Numbered from the stretch's first letter, positions 28,901 to 40,727 are shown. The stretch is 64,000 nucleotides of DNA from Octopus vulgaris (GCA_951406725.2 OX597817.1:63798001-63862000); one strand, 5' to 3'. Numbers and translations: made by a program. Notes: generated by a model not told the origin, from the sequence alone.

Positions 28901-30018
28901 GTTCATTCGTTGTGGTTCCTTTTACGTAACAGAGAGGATGGTATCACGAAAATGAAAGATGCATTGTTATAGGAGAATGCCATGCAGCATCTGTTCCAGT
29001 TCACTGGATTCTGAAGGCACCGTCCATATGACACCACTGCTGCTAAATAGCTTCGATGGCGAGGAAAGGGGAGACTTGCATTCATCGGCATCTGCTAGAT
29101 TTTTGTAAAAGAAAAATAATTAATTTCTGCATTAAGGTGCAATTTTCTAACTGCAGATACTCCGACTATGTAGTCCTATATTGAAGAGATGAGGAATTAT
29201 GTACATTATTTACATTTTTACATTCGACGTATAACTGTCCTCAACTTGTTTGTTGTAAACACAACGTTTCGGCAGATATACCCTCAAGCCTTCTTCAGAT
29301 GTCTTGGGGAAATTAGGAACCTGGGTTCTCATTCCTAAGGTATTATCATTATTATTATTATTATTATTGTTCAGGTCATTTATTGGAATCGAGTTCGGAA
29401 TCTTGGGGTTAGTAGCCCGCGCTCTTAACTACTACGCTATATGCCCGTGGACAATTATGGAGTGAATTTTAGGCGTTATAGGTCTAAAATTTTTCTATCC
29501 TTCCTTAATACTGGTTCCCATATGCTGCTCATATCTGCACTCGCTCTGCTTAGGAGGTTGTTGAGCTGCTTCTTTTAGTTTTTGTATTTTCCAGTGGTGT
29601 TCTCTGTCTATTATTTTAACTTCTCCCTTCGTTGTGGTTTGTGTAATGTAACTGAGACTGAAGGCAGCGACTAAAGGGGAAAGGATGAGGTCGATGTATT
29701 TGGAAATGTGTTCTGTGGGGCAGTTACGGGTGGAAACTATGGAGCGGCCGGGGTTGTTGAATTTGTGAACTGATTCCTATATTCCTTACTTGCAACTGTT
29801 ATACGTATATGTATATGTGCATGTATATCTAAACATATATAACATTTTGTCAACTTTCAGTTGAAGTGAGATGTCCAGCTGATGTGACTGAAATTACTAC
29901 ACTAACCAGACGTCATTGTGTAAAGTCAAGTCCGAAAAGCGCCGTGCTGTGTGCTACCAAACTGGTACTCGAAGAAATTCAGAAGAACATTGAAACTGGC
30001 AAAATCCACGGCGTATAA
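17647..30018 (+). CDS. Gene A (4 exons, 270 aa): secreted 4-Cys protein carrying an inserted array of ten SPSKSYSEII-GKR cassettes
   Basis: Join 17647-17659, 24945-25114, 27259-27730, 29861-30018 = 813 nt. GT-AG introns with phases 1/0/1, the same as gene B. Translation: MRLSIVFLLVLVTAYCKFDPCEGFDVQQTLTKIKGILENGLGNKLEKFFKLKLLLFPESGKFEIDGTPLVITFYADNCEAKIVGKR-(SPSKSYSEIIGKR-type)x10-SPFEVRCPADVTEITTLTRRHCVKSSPKSAVLCATKLVLEEIQKNIETGKIHGV*. The signal peptide is inferred from the hydrophobic N-terminus. Confidence 0.8.
18696..21410 (-). mobile_element. Complete decayed hAT (Buster/Charlie-type) DNA transposon in gene A intron 1
   Basis: 8-bp TSD ATATAACC at 18688-18695 and 21411-21418. Imperfect TIRs CCGCTGTTCTCAAA / TAGTGGTTCTCAAA. 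Transposase motifs GESLVKP, IDETT, TDGACAMTG, IIHQEHL, YLADLF, CLIEAGFS, GDLQLKL, with stops and frameshifts. Confidence 0.9.
22772..24045 (-). mobile_element. Penelope-like element: GIY-YIG C-terminal fragment between inverted pseudo-LTRs
   Basis: LASHIWQL...SWKIL...PY...CKLCITERMKVL...NSRTDIFSPCLH in ORF 23032..23787. ~200-bp inverted repeats at ~22775-22978 and ~23772-23975, each with a decayed hammerhead. Confidence 0.85.
24945..25114 (+). CDS. Gene A exon 2 (signal peptide and amphipathic helix)
   Basis: TTTACAG| acceptor and AAG|GTATGT donor, 170 nt. Homologous to 46742-46914. Confidence 0.85.
25305..25710 (+). mobile_element. tRNA-derived SINE (octopod type), one full and one partial copy
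   Basis: GGCGAGCTGGCAGAA A-box, GTTCAAATTCC B-box and CCTTTCATCCTTTCGGGGTCGATAAA core. Family members at ~1780-1930, 4020-4200, 47590-47710 and 56105-56870. Confidence 0.85.
27259..27730 (+). CDS. Gene A exon 3, expanded by 10 extra 39-nt units
   Basis: CTAAG| acceptor at the same position as in paralog B. The only intact GTAAGT donor is at 27731. Length 472 nt = 82 nt (paralog length) + 390 nt. Confidence 0.75.
27317..27745 (+). repeat. Coding minisatellite, 11 x 39 nt
   Basis: Unit AGATTATTGGAAAACGAAGTCCATCTAAGTCTTATTCGG; 429 nt = 11 x 39, with few variants. Confidence 0.97.
29257..29304 (-). ncRNA. Minimal hammerhead motif
   Basis: AGACAU-CUGAAGA-a-GGC...GCC-GAAAC-GUU-GUGUUU. Confidence 0.6.
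29690..29770 (-). mobile_element. Penelope RT fragment
   Basis: The minus strand reads HKFNNPGRSIVSTRNCPTEHISKYIDLIL. Confidence 0.65.
29861..30018 (+). CDS. Gene A exon 4 (terminal coding exon)
   Basis: CAACTTTCAG| acceptor, 158 nt to TAA. Colinear with 55561-55718 and absent from the supplied ORF track. Confidence 0.85.
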
Positions 30019-30041
30019 CATAGATTCACACACACGAAGTG

Positions 30042-30104
<63 letters not shown>

Positions 30105-30111
<7 letters not shown>

Positions 30112-30380
30112 TTTTAGAAAAACATAAATCCGGAGAAGAAGCACACTTTAAGAAGTAGAGCAGTCTATATTAATTACGGGTGAAGGTCGGTTTATAGGCT
30201 TATCTTGGGTTTATCGTGTTACCCTGGAGATAATTCCCATTGATTATGTCCGTATCGTTTCCCTCTCCTTACTTTAAAGAGACCATGGGCCAACAGGTTC
30301 TAGAGTCAGAAGATACGCTATAAAGGTACTCTTTATGGCAAGAAACCCAAGATAACCCTATAAACCGGCCTACACCAATA

Positions 30381-30385
<5 letters not shown>
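30105..30385. mobile_element. Short inverted pLTR derivative of the same Penelope family, in the predicted gene A 3' UTR
   Basis: Similar to 23815-24040, with an internal inverted repeat; inserted in (TA)n. Confidence 0.75.
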
Positions 30386-30426
<41 letters not shown>

Positions 30427-30454
30427 TCACCTAAACCACCAGCTACAAATAAGT

Positions 30455-30460
30455 AATAAA
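30455..30460 (+). terminator. Putative polyadenylation signal of gene A
   Basis: AATAAA within a block (~30440-30510) resembling the block around AATAAA 55960 after gene B; GT/T-rich sequence downstream. Confidence 0.45.
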
Positions 30461-30876
30461 ATAATTTTATTAGCAATCTCTTATTGTCTTTTGTTTGTCT
30501 TTTATTAAACAGTGTATGCGTGTGCGGTGGGGTGTGTGTAAGAGTGTGTGTGCCGGTGTGTAACTACAAGTGTGTGTATTGTTTACATGTGTTGGTGGAT
30601 TCGTACGCAGTGCTTCTTCGCTCTTTCGAAATCATTAAGAGCATCGATATGCTATGCAGTCTGTTTTAAACATGTATAACATATGACAAGTATATTTACA
30701 TTTACTTAAACACTTTAATGATAGTTACACGAGGTGGGAAATATAAATATCATACTTTAGAGCCCATGCTAGCAGCTAGTGCACTTATCTGTTGTTCAGC
30801 CTAACCTCTTAGTTTCTGAGTTTGTCAATCTGTCTATATGTCTATGTGTCTGTGTTTGTATATGTGCATGTAAGTA

Positions 30877-30939
<63 letters not shown>

Positions 30940-30954
30940 ATGTATCTATGTATG

Positions 30955-31026
<72 letters not shown>

Positions 31027-31071
31027 AATCAATCTATCTATCTAACTAACTATCTATCTATCTACCTATTC

Positions 31072-31111
<40 letters not shown>

Positions 31112-31399
31112 GTCTGTCTGTCTATCTATCTATCTGTTTTTCTTTCTTTCTTTCTGTCCTTTCATCTTTCTATCTAGCCAGCAAGCTATCCAGTCTCTCT
31201 GTCTGTCTCTGCCTCTTTCTCTATATGTTTATCTGTATCTGTCTCCAAGCACAAAGCCAAGACACATGTAATTCGTACGGTTATGTCGTGAAAGTACGCA
31301 GTAAGAATATGAGTAATTTACCATGTGCAGTGGTAACGAACCGGGACATAACTGGCCTAGATTCTACTGTCTGTGACGCAAGAAATATTCTAAGGAAAT

Positions 31400-32880
31400 A
31401 GAAAAGAAGATAGCACTACGTACAATATAAGCCTGACACCCAACGACAGTATAACCCAAGAAAAACAGATAATGAAGAAGCAGTGTATGAAGGAAGTTAT
31501 TAAAGCTATCATCTATTTTTCCAACTTACAAAAATAGCTGACTTTGAGTCCTTGTTGATTGTGTTCGTTAAAAAAAGAGAGACAGCAACTAAATACTCTC
31601 AAGAAATTACGTTTTGTATTACGGTTTTTATAACAAAATTAGCGCTTTCATACATAGTGTACTCATCAGATTTCAAATCTGTTTAACTGACAGTCAAGTT
31701 CTTGACAACCTTAGTACTTTATAGAACGCTACAACCAGCTGAATTTTTAGAATACCTTTTTGACCTATCCGCATGCTCTTAAGCATCACGGTTTGTCAGG
31801 AGTACCGATATATAATCTAACTTGTTTATATTTATCAATCGACATCATTAACTGGTTGTTATATTATTGCTGCTATTTCCGTTCAGAACAGGTTTGAACA
31901 TTTTAATAAACCATTTTTCTTTTATCTCTCTTCCAACCTCACTTGTGTCATGTAGTTTGTGGAAAGGAAAAATTAGAAACACGTCTATATGTTCGTTGAA
32001 TGGAATTTGACGAACATTGGTGTTCCGGACTTGTTGTCTGTTGACTTGTGAGCGTTGCTATAAGGCATTTCCTGTCTCGCCTATATATAATTCCTCGCAA
32101 TTTGGGCATTTAATGCAGATCAAATTTCGCTTCTGACGTTCATATCTGCATTTGCAAATATCTGTCCATTTTTTGTTCTACCTGTACGCATGTATTGACA
32201 CGTTTGATTAGTTATTATGTTTTTTTAATTTTTCACTTTGTTTCATGATTGGCAAATTTTGATGATATTAAAAATTTTTTGGTGATGCGAATTGTGTATT
32301 ACTAGAAATGGTACTGTGTTCCTTTGATGGGTTCGTTTTTTCGTGTTGCTCTAAGTTGTTCTATAGGTATCTCTTTTGCTCGTTCTATGCTATTTTCTAT
32401 AAGTAGGAGAGGGTAATTTTGCTTGAGCAGAAATGCTTTGAGTTCTATAAATTGTGTGTTTCTGGTATTTGGATTATCGACTACAGTACAAATTTTCCTG
32501 GCTAACTGTATGGGATGTTATGTTTTGTGTGTGTTGGGTGGAATGATTTGAAAGTTAGGTACTGGTGTGTATCTGTGCTTTTGTAATAATTGTGATTGTG
32601 GTGATGTTTTTAATTACCATTATGTCAAGAAATGGTAATTTGTCTTGTGAATTTGAGACTGGGGTGTAGATTATTGAGGAAGGTGTTGAATTCTTCCTGA
32701 TTTTCTATAGATTTGGTCCAAATTAGGAAACAATCACTGTTAGTTTTGATGTAACAAACTTATATACAAACATTCAACATGATTTAGGACTTACTGCCAT
32801 AAAATATTGGGTCGAAAAATATAGAGAAGCGATCCTCAGTAGACTCATCCTCGAAAACAATACATTCCTTTTCAATGGAA
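31400..32880 (-). mobile_element. Decayed Penelope-like RT + GIY-YIG with an inverted 5' piece
   Basis: Minus strand: DCFLIW, YKSTDTHQYLTFKSFHPTHTKHNIPYS, CPNCEELYIGETG. Plus strand 32745-32880: FDVTNLYTNI and LILENNTFLFNG. Confidence 0.8.
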
Positions 32881-33285
32881 AAAAAACTACCTCCAAATTC
32901 GAGCAGAAACCAGTGGGAAAACCAGCGGAGAAGACTGACGTACCAGAGAATACGGAGAAATTTCCCCAACTCCCTCCCAACCCGAATATCCGACAAAAAA
33001 CCGGAGCATTTCAAACAAAAATTATTTTAAACCGTCCCATTACTCACACGACGCCCATGACGTAAAATACAGCTATATACATGTAAGCACCATATGAGTA
33101 AGTCATTCAAAGGAACAGGCTATACCTGCATTAAGTGAGATGCCCAACTTGATTGACCCACCACCAGTGACAGACGAGGAGAGGGAGAAGAATAAGGAGG
33201 AGGGTAGTTCAATAACCTTGACAGCAATCCCTCCTTCACCGATTACAAAACAGGTAAGTAGCTGATACCCGTTCTTTGTGTTAGG

Positions 33286-34510
33286 ATGGTTGCATTGAAC
33301 ATATCTTACTTAAATGTGCGTGACCTGAGTTCGAAGTGGGAGCAAGCTTGTTTTCGCGACAACCTCAGGTCACATAGCATGGATGTGATGGTTACTACAG
33401 AGACCAAGATGGACAGACTACAAACCTTCTCGGCTCTCCTGAATGGCTATGAGAAAATCATGTCTCCCAGCCAGACTGGATGTGGAGGAGGGGTTGTAGT
33501 TTTGCTCCGTAAAAGCTTGGCTCTGCAGACAAGTACACTCTTTGTAGACCCAGGAGTTGGGCTGGTCGTTCTGGACTTGAAGTACAAAGATAAGGAATTC
33601 AGGTTGGTGTTTATGCGCCGTGTCTTAAAAGAAAACAGACTGATTTCTATCGACGCCTGGAGAACACCCTCATGACATCGCAGATATTAATGGTGTTAGG
33701 CGATTTTAACACTATTCTGGATGCACGCCAGGATTGTGTTGGATCAATCAATAGGAGGAAAAAGTTACGTCACATCGATCAGCTTAAGCGGTTTCAGCTG
33801 GCAGATTGTTACAAACTTGATCACCCACCATTACTCCAGTGGGAACCTGGAGTAATGGCGACGGGTCGTTCAGGCATTATCTAGATAGAATAATAGTTCG
33901 TACTATAGATAAGTCTAGTTTTAGTAGTCCACAATTTGTTCTGGTCTCCTACACGGATCACAAATTAGTGACATGTAGGAGGAACACAGGTAAAGTACAT
34001 AGACAGGGATCTGGCTACTGGAAGCTAAACAAGGCTATTTTGTCTTGTGAAGCAGACCATAGTCGGGTTAAGGATTTAGTCATGAGGGCATTAACCGGTA
34101 CCGTGTTGAATAACAGGTGGTGGTTTGCCTTCAAACGAGCCATTCTATTCGAGTCGATTAGATTTAGCCAGCAGCTAAGTTCAGATAAGGATAGAGTAGA
34201 AGGGAATCTAGTCAAGGACTTAGAAGAAGCGTTAAGGTTGGGCTCTGCATTCCAAGTTTTGACAGCGAGATCGGCCTTGGACTGACACTTCAAAGCCAAG
34301 CACGAGGAATGCAGAGTTCGGGCTAAAGTACGTGCATTGGGTTGAGAGAGAATTAACGTTGCCGGGATGGCTCGCACGGTAGAGATGCCATAATTGGGTC
34401 TTTGGTCGATGAACAGGAGCGTTTGATCGAAGGACAAGATGAGGAACGAGAGGTCTTCTACAAGCACTTTACCGAGTTGTTCGGGAAGAGTGAGACGCTG
34501 GACTATAGTG
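33286..34510 (+). mobile_element. L1/Tx1-clade ORF2 AP-endonuclease fragment (frameshifted)
   Basis: SYLNVRDL, GGGVVVLL, LGDFN, YLDRI, YTDHKLV and GSGYWKLN motifs across ORFs 33286, 33672 and 33839. Confidence 0.88.
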
Positions 34511-35080
34511 AGATGCAATAAGTGTGCTATCATTTACACCAACGTTCCCCCTCACGTCTTCCCGTTAGATTTAAGAACTATAATTTCATAGTGCTATCTT
34601 TTAAGCCAACAAGCATGTGCGTTTTCTGCGATGATTTGAGAAGCGGTGATGAGTGACAATTCTGTAAATAGTATTTTATAAGCTTAAAGATTATAAGCGG
34701 GCAGAGTGTTTTGACTAAAAGAATAGTCTGATATTGAGGCATGTAAGCCCTCGACATCGCAGAAAACGCACATGACTGTCCTTAACAGCATTTGTGCCTA
34801 ACAGTTGGTTACTTCACACACACACACACACACATTGAAATATATATAAGAAATCGAGATGACTTTCGAAAAACAATTATTGTGTTATGAACTTCCTTAG
34901 CTTACAAGTGTTTCTCCTCTAAGATGCAGTAGACATGTGGTTGAGTGTCTGAATAACATAGTCATTGTTTTTCCCGTGTCATCTCTTTCTCTTATTACCA
35001 CTCCTACTAATCTAACAGTTTGTTTTGAAACATACGCATTTTAAGTCCTTCACCAGGTTATTAGTCACGCAACACCTAAG

Positions 35081-35110
<30 letters not shown>

Positions 35111-35113
<3 letters not shown>

Positions 35114-35272
35114 CGCAGGAGTGGCTGTGTGGTTGCTTACGAACCACATGGTTCCGGGTTCAGTCCCACTGCGTGGCACCTTGGCCAAGTGTCTTCTACT
35201 ATAGCCTCGGGCTGACCAAAGCCTTGTGAATGGATTTGGTAGACGGTAACTGAAAGAAGCCCGTCGTATATA

Positions 35273-35318
<46 letters not shown>

Positions 35319-35530
35319 CATGTGTATGTTTGTGTGCATGTGTTTGCCCCCCCTCACCATCGCTTGGCAACCGATGTTGGTGTGTTTACGTCCCCGTAAC
35401 TTAGCGGTTCGGCAAAAGAGACCGATAGAATAAGTACTAGGCTTACAAAGAATAAGTCCTGTGGTCGATTTCTTCGAATGAAGGCAGTGCTCCAGCATGG
35501 TCTCAGTCAAATGACTGAAACAAGTAAGCG
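35111..35530 (+). mobile_element. Third tRNA-derived SINE family with an internal microsatellite
   Basis: GGCGCAGGAGTGGCTGTGTGGT...GGTTCAGTCCC head. Partial copies at ~41355-41560 (+) and 41655-41810 (-). Confidence 0.8.
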
Positions 35531-35536
35531 TAAAGA

Positions 35537-35577
<41 letters not shown>

Positions 35578-35727
35578 TAAGAAAGTTAGTTTGTGAAAGC
35601 ACGTGGTTGAATATATAGCCTTCTGTAGTTTTTTCACTTTTTACTATATATATATATGTGTGTGTGTGTATGTATGTATGTATGTATGTATGTATGTATG
35701 TATGTATGTATATATATATATATATAA

Positions 35728-35812
<85 letters not shown>

Positions 35813-36092
35813 CATACATATATGTAGTTGAAAAAGATCTATACAAATCAAATTTTTATATATAAAAGATTAATAGATGGAGGTGGAAGTAGCACAAAAA
35901 GTAAATCTAAGAATTTTCAACATAGAAAGAATTTAATAAAATGATTTTAAAATTATATAAAGAAGATATTACCGATTTGGATAAACATTTGAAGTAAAAT
36001 CAGTTTATAGGCTATCTGGAGTCAAAAATATATTTTTGACCCCCAGATAGAAGATAAACTGTTTTTACTTCAAATTTCTATAAGTTTTAACT

Positions 36093-36135
36093 GATATTTG
36101 AAAAGATGAGATTCCTCATCGAAACCGGTAATATT
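36093..36135 (+). ncRNA. Hammerhead motif with a U3:A8 variant core
   Basis: GAUAU-UUGAAAA-GAUGAG-auuc-CUCAUC-GAAA-CCG-GUA-AUAUU, inside an inverted-repeat element at ~35877-36222. Confidence 0.65.
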
Positions 36136-36220
36136 TTCTTTATATAATTTTAAAATTATTTTATTAAATTATTTCTAAATTGAAATGTCTTAGATTTACT
36201 TCTGCGCTATTTCCACCTCC

Positions 36221-36312
<92 letters not shown>

Positions 36313-36336
36313 TAAAAATGGAGAAGGCCGGTTTAT

Positions 36337-36397
36337 GGGATTACCTTAGGTTTCTGGACCACAAAGGATTCAGCTTTATGGCGTATCGTCAGATCCC
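36337..36397 (-). ncRNA. Hammerhead motif
   Basis: GGGAU-CUGACGA-uacgCCAUAAAG...CUUUGUGGucca-GAAA-CCUAAG-GUA-AUCCC; same family as the 22.8 and 23.9 kb pLTRs. Confidence 0.6.
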
Positions 36398-36594
36398 CAA
36401 AACTGTTGACCTAGCTCTTTTTTCTTTTTGTTTTTTGTATGTGGGTATGTTTTTAGTAGAGTAGCCGAGGTCAAACCGTTCCATATTTATGAGAGACCCG
36501 TGGCTTTCGTAAATATATACAAGCGCGGCCTACTGGTCAGCTATTTAACATATTATTATTTTTGGTTGATTATAATGTTGGGCCCTTTCATAAT

Positions 36595-36700
36595 ATGTCT
36601 CATCGCCTAATAAGAGAAGATAAAATCATAACAATCAAGGACGCAGATAAGGTCAACGCGGTAGTATTAATGAACACAAATGATTATAAAAATTTAGTAC
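36595..36700 (+). mobile_element. Penelope RT N-terminal fragment
   Basis: IITIKDADKVNAVVLMNTNDYK resembles the K.ADKG..VV.M...Y motif. Confidence 0.65.
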
Positions 36701-36817
36701 TATCACCAACTTCAAGTGCAAATCAAGTTTATTCTACGGTGTCCCTAAAGTCCATATATTGGTTTTCCGAAAAGAAAAATGGAATTCTACAGCTCGAACT
36801 ACCACTACCACCACGAG

Positions 36818-36870
<53 letters not shown>

Positions 36871-37328
36871 TTGCCAATGAACTACTGCTACAACTCCAAC
36901 CATCACGGGCACTACTACTACGACCAACAGTCTTCCACTGCTGCTGCTAACGGTCACTTCCACTGCTGCTGCTGCTACTACTACAGCCAATGAACTGCTG
37001 CTACAACTCCAACCACCACCACACGGTTACTACTACTACTACGACCAACGGTCACTGCTACTACTGCTATTTCGGCCACCGGTCATTTCCACAATTACAG
37101 CCAACGAATCTAGTCAACGCACAAGACAGCCATTATGCTCCCCACCACAAAACACCACAACGTGGACTCTGTTGAGACTAGTAAGAAACAATTATGAATG
37201 TTTTTCTTACACTTAACTTTTTAAAATATTTTTGATATGGTTCGTTTTTTCAAGAAGAACCGAAACATGTAAAATTTCTAAGAAAATTAAAATTTATCCT
37301 ATATAGTGGCGTTTTCAAACTTCATTTA

Positions 37329-37392
<64 letters not shown>

Positions 37393-37404
37393 ACCTAAGT
37401 GATA

Positions 37405-37449
37405 CGCACGGACTGCAGTTTCTGGGTATTGACCCGTCATCGGCGCACG
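37405..37449 (-). ncRNA. Hammerhead motif with a CCGAUGA (U4C) core
   Basis: CGUGCG-CCGAUGA-cGGGU-caau-ACCCa-GAAA-CUGCA-GUC-CGUGCG; palindromic ACUGCAGU stem III. Confidence 0.6.
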
Positions 37450-37463
37450 ACAATCACCGGTTT

Positions 37464-39044
37464 CTCTTTATTATATGCACAATGGCCTGAATGAAGAGGG
37501 GACATAACAATACAATACAGGACATGGGGTACATATAATAAAAATACAAAAAGGATTATATGAAATGAAATGAGATATTAACAATGAATTAAATGAAATG
37601 GCTTACGAGCCCCCGAAAGCTCGCAGTTTCATTTACAATTACAGTTATACTATCTGGGGTGTTCGTCCGTAATGTAAACGAGTAATTCATCTTGCTCTAT
37701 AACTCCGGGCAAACTGACATATCGTACGTAATGCACTATGGTTACAGCTGTATCTAAAAACAAATTTTTTAATTTATTTACCGTCTCTTTTTCCACTATT
37801 GCAGCCTTTATTTGGTTATCGTATATTCTCGGGTTCAATTCCACTCTCGTGAGATTTTTCGTTATTGCAAATTTTTTATCAATTTCTTTATCTTTTGTGC
37901 ACAATATTACAGCTCTGAGATTATTTCCTTTGGGTCTTCCTCCTTCCTTGCATGCTTTCAGACATTCTTCCAATTTTGTTGACCATTTTTCACATTCCTC
38001 CCATCTTGAACCTCCACTCACTTTAGTTGCTGCATCTCTCCCTTTGTGTGCTCGATCCTCTGTCTCGTCAGCATACTTCTTTTTAGTTTTTTTCTTTTTT
38101 TGGTCTTTGGGTGGTGATTCCACCCGTGTTCGCTTTCTATCCTCTTTTCTTCTGTTCTTTCCTCTTCTTTCTCCTTCACTAACTCGTCGTCACTTTCCAT
38201 ATTATCTCCTAAATCCTCTGTCAAAGTGTTATCTTCTTCACTTGTATTTCTCCTTCAGGACACACATCCTTCATGTGCCCTCTTCTCTTACATTTATAAC
38301 TCCACCACGACTCTCAGTCGTGTCTCATCGGGGAACACCAACGCCTCCGGGATGTTATACAAATCTGGCATGGTTATGTGAACTAAGGCTTCAACCGCAT
38401 AACCCCACCAGTTTATTTCATTCGACTTTTCCACCTTAAGTATGTCCACGTTCTCCTTGCAGTTGTAGATTATTGCAGCTACTATTCTTTCGGTATCAAG
38501 TTCCGGTGGGATTTTGCTTATTCGTATACTCGCCGCTCTTCTTCCGCAATAACTAGGGAGTAATACCCATTTTCCCGATCTCAACACTGTCGTTGCGTTC
38601 CTTTTCGTTTCATCTTCATTTTCGAAACGAACGTCTACCTCTATTGTAGAAGGTAGTTCTTCCTTTTATTTCTTGTAGACATTTTTCAATCTCTTCCACT
38701 TCTGCTACTTCTATTCTTTTTGAGACCACATTCCATGTTCTGTATGTTATGCTTTTTTCTCCGGTTTTTTCACTTCGTCTTCAGGTGGTGTAACCCTCAG
38801 ACAGTGTCCTTCCTTCTTAAAGCTGTCGTAGTATTTCCTCAGATTTTCCTTCTCGATAATAACTTCTTTTAACTGTAATACGTTCGCAGACAGGCTCCTA
38901 CCTGCTGCTCCCGCATAAGTCTGGGCTTGCATACCCAACAAAGAATTCAACAATTCAACACGAGGCAACAGCGTTCAACAACAATAATCAACAAAATCCA
39001 ACTCACAACCACAAATCCGAAAAACCGACACAAACACTTCCGCG
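37464..39044 (-). mobile_element. Full-length ORF1-only L1/Tx1-like element with a 16-bp TSD
   Basis: TSD CGACAATCACCGGTTT at 37448-37463 and 39045-39060. AATAAA at the 3' end. Frames TYAGAAG, VDVRFEN and IRISKIPPEL are related to the 15.5-17.3 kb element. Confidence 0.82.
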
Positions 39045-39362
39045 CGACAATCACCGGTTTTCGATGGAAGGGAGTCCCAATGCAAATATTTATATCCTTT
39101 TTCCAGTAACTTTTCGTCACTGATCATGAAAAAGTGTATACAAGCAATAATAAATCTCTGAACGAGGTATAGACAGTAACTGCACGACAATGTGAAGTAT
39201 ATTTGCCATCTCAATATGGCTAACCAATATGGCTAAGGGTGGATGTTATTGTAGCTTGTAGCCCCAGGAGAACATCTCCTCCAGCTGGCTATAGACACAC
39301 TTTCTGTGCCCTATCGGTATTTGCAAAGGGAGGTCATCCTTCCCTCGTCAACCTAAGTGATA

Positions 39363-39437
<75 letters not shown>

Positions 39438-39530
39438 ATATATATATAACAATTGCAGCGTGGAAGTTGTTTGTAAGCCATTTAAGAAACACACAAAAGC
39501 CGTTCGATTCACTTCAACATTTAAGTTTAA

Positions 39531-39581
39531 TTTGTCAAAATATTTTCGTCGCTATAAGACCGCGACCTGTTCACTGACAAA
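39531..39581 (-). ncRNA. Hammerhead motif with a G3:C8 swapped core
   Basis: UUUGUCA-GUGAACA-g-GUCGC..GCGAC-GAAA-AUA-UUU-UGACAAA. A truncated sister copy lies at ~7860-7902. Confidence 0.6.
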
Positions 39582-39995
39582 ACTCCGTGCTGCATCTATA
39601 TATATATACATATATATATATATATGCATATATATATATACATACATACATACATGCATGCATACATACATATATACATACATACATACATACATGCATA
39701 CATGCATGCATGCATACATACATATATACATACATACATACATACATACATACATACATACATACATACATACATACAATAGTTTCCCGTGTATTCCATT
39801 TTTCGTCTCATTTCTTTTATACTCAACGTACACTGAGGAATTCCCGAGGTAGATCCAGCGACGATTGTGCAATTACTGTGGACGACTGCAGGTATCCATA
39901 GGCAATGGATGTGCTTCATCAGTGTACTACTAGGGACATAACCAACACGTATTTTTTATATTTTAAATTGTAAGTTTTACATTTATATATATATA

Positions 39996-40489
39996 CTAGC
40001 AGTATCGCCCGGCGTTGCTCGGGTTTGTAAGGGAAATAACTATATAAGCATTTTTAGAGAGTTACTTCCCTTATAGATGCCAATTCGGGCTTTCTTAGCC
40101 ATTTCTGTTTTGGCGTCTTCAAGCCATGAAGTCGTTGTTCTAAAAGAACGCTGGTCTCCTTGATAACGCATTACGACGTTGATTTCTTTACACTCCCTTC
40201 CCCACAGTTTCACGAGGGAGGGAAGGGGGAGAAGCAAACAGGTGCAGCTGTGAGCGTGGACGCCAACTCCGCCGCCATCGACACACGAAAAATTATGCAT
40301 TAAAATGGAATAAAAAATGATGTTAAATTATTTTTTAAATCGTAGACTCATCGTTGACGCGCGCTAACAGCCAGACGGGCTCCATATGAATCACGACTAT
40401 AAGATACCCGAATTTGGTTAAACTGCACCGCAAAATGTGGGAGGAGTTAGGAATCTAAATCGAAGGGGACCGACACTCACACAACTAGA

Positions 40490-40500
<11 letters not shown>
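39996..40500 (-). mobile_element. Non-autonomous Helitron-like element
   Basis: The minus-strand 3' end CCCGAGCAACGCCGGGCGATACTGCTAG|T is shared with the copies at 45823 and 51035; the interior differs. Confidence 0.7.
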
Positions 40501-40542
<42 letters not shown>

Positions 40543-40636
40543 CATATATTTTAAATTAAATCCAATACAAGGAAAATAGGGATGAAAGCATCCAATTCAG
40601 TCTTTTCTTGGATCTGAAACTCCTCATATATCAAAC

Positions 40637-40727
40637 ATTGCACTGAAGAGATTCTTACCCACAAACTTATAAAAATGGATTTTTTATAATTTTATTATGG
40701 TTAAGTATCGAAATAACTGTATGTAAT
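40637..40727 (+). ncRNA. Hammerhead motif with a long stem II
   Basis: AUUGCA-CUGAAGA-GAUUCUUACC...GGUUAAGUAUC-GAAA-UAACU-GUA-UGUAAU. Confidence 0.55.
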
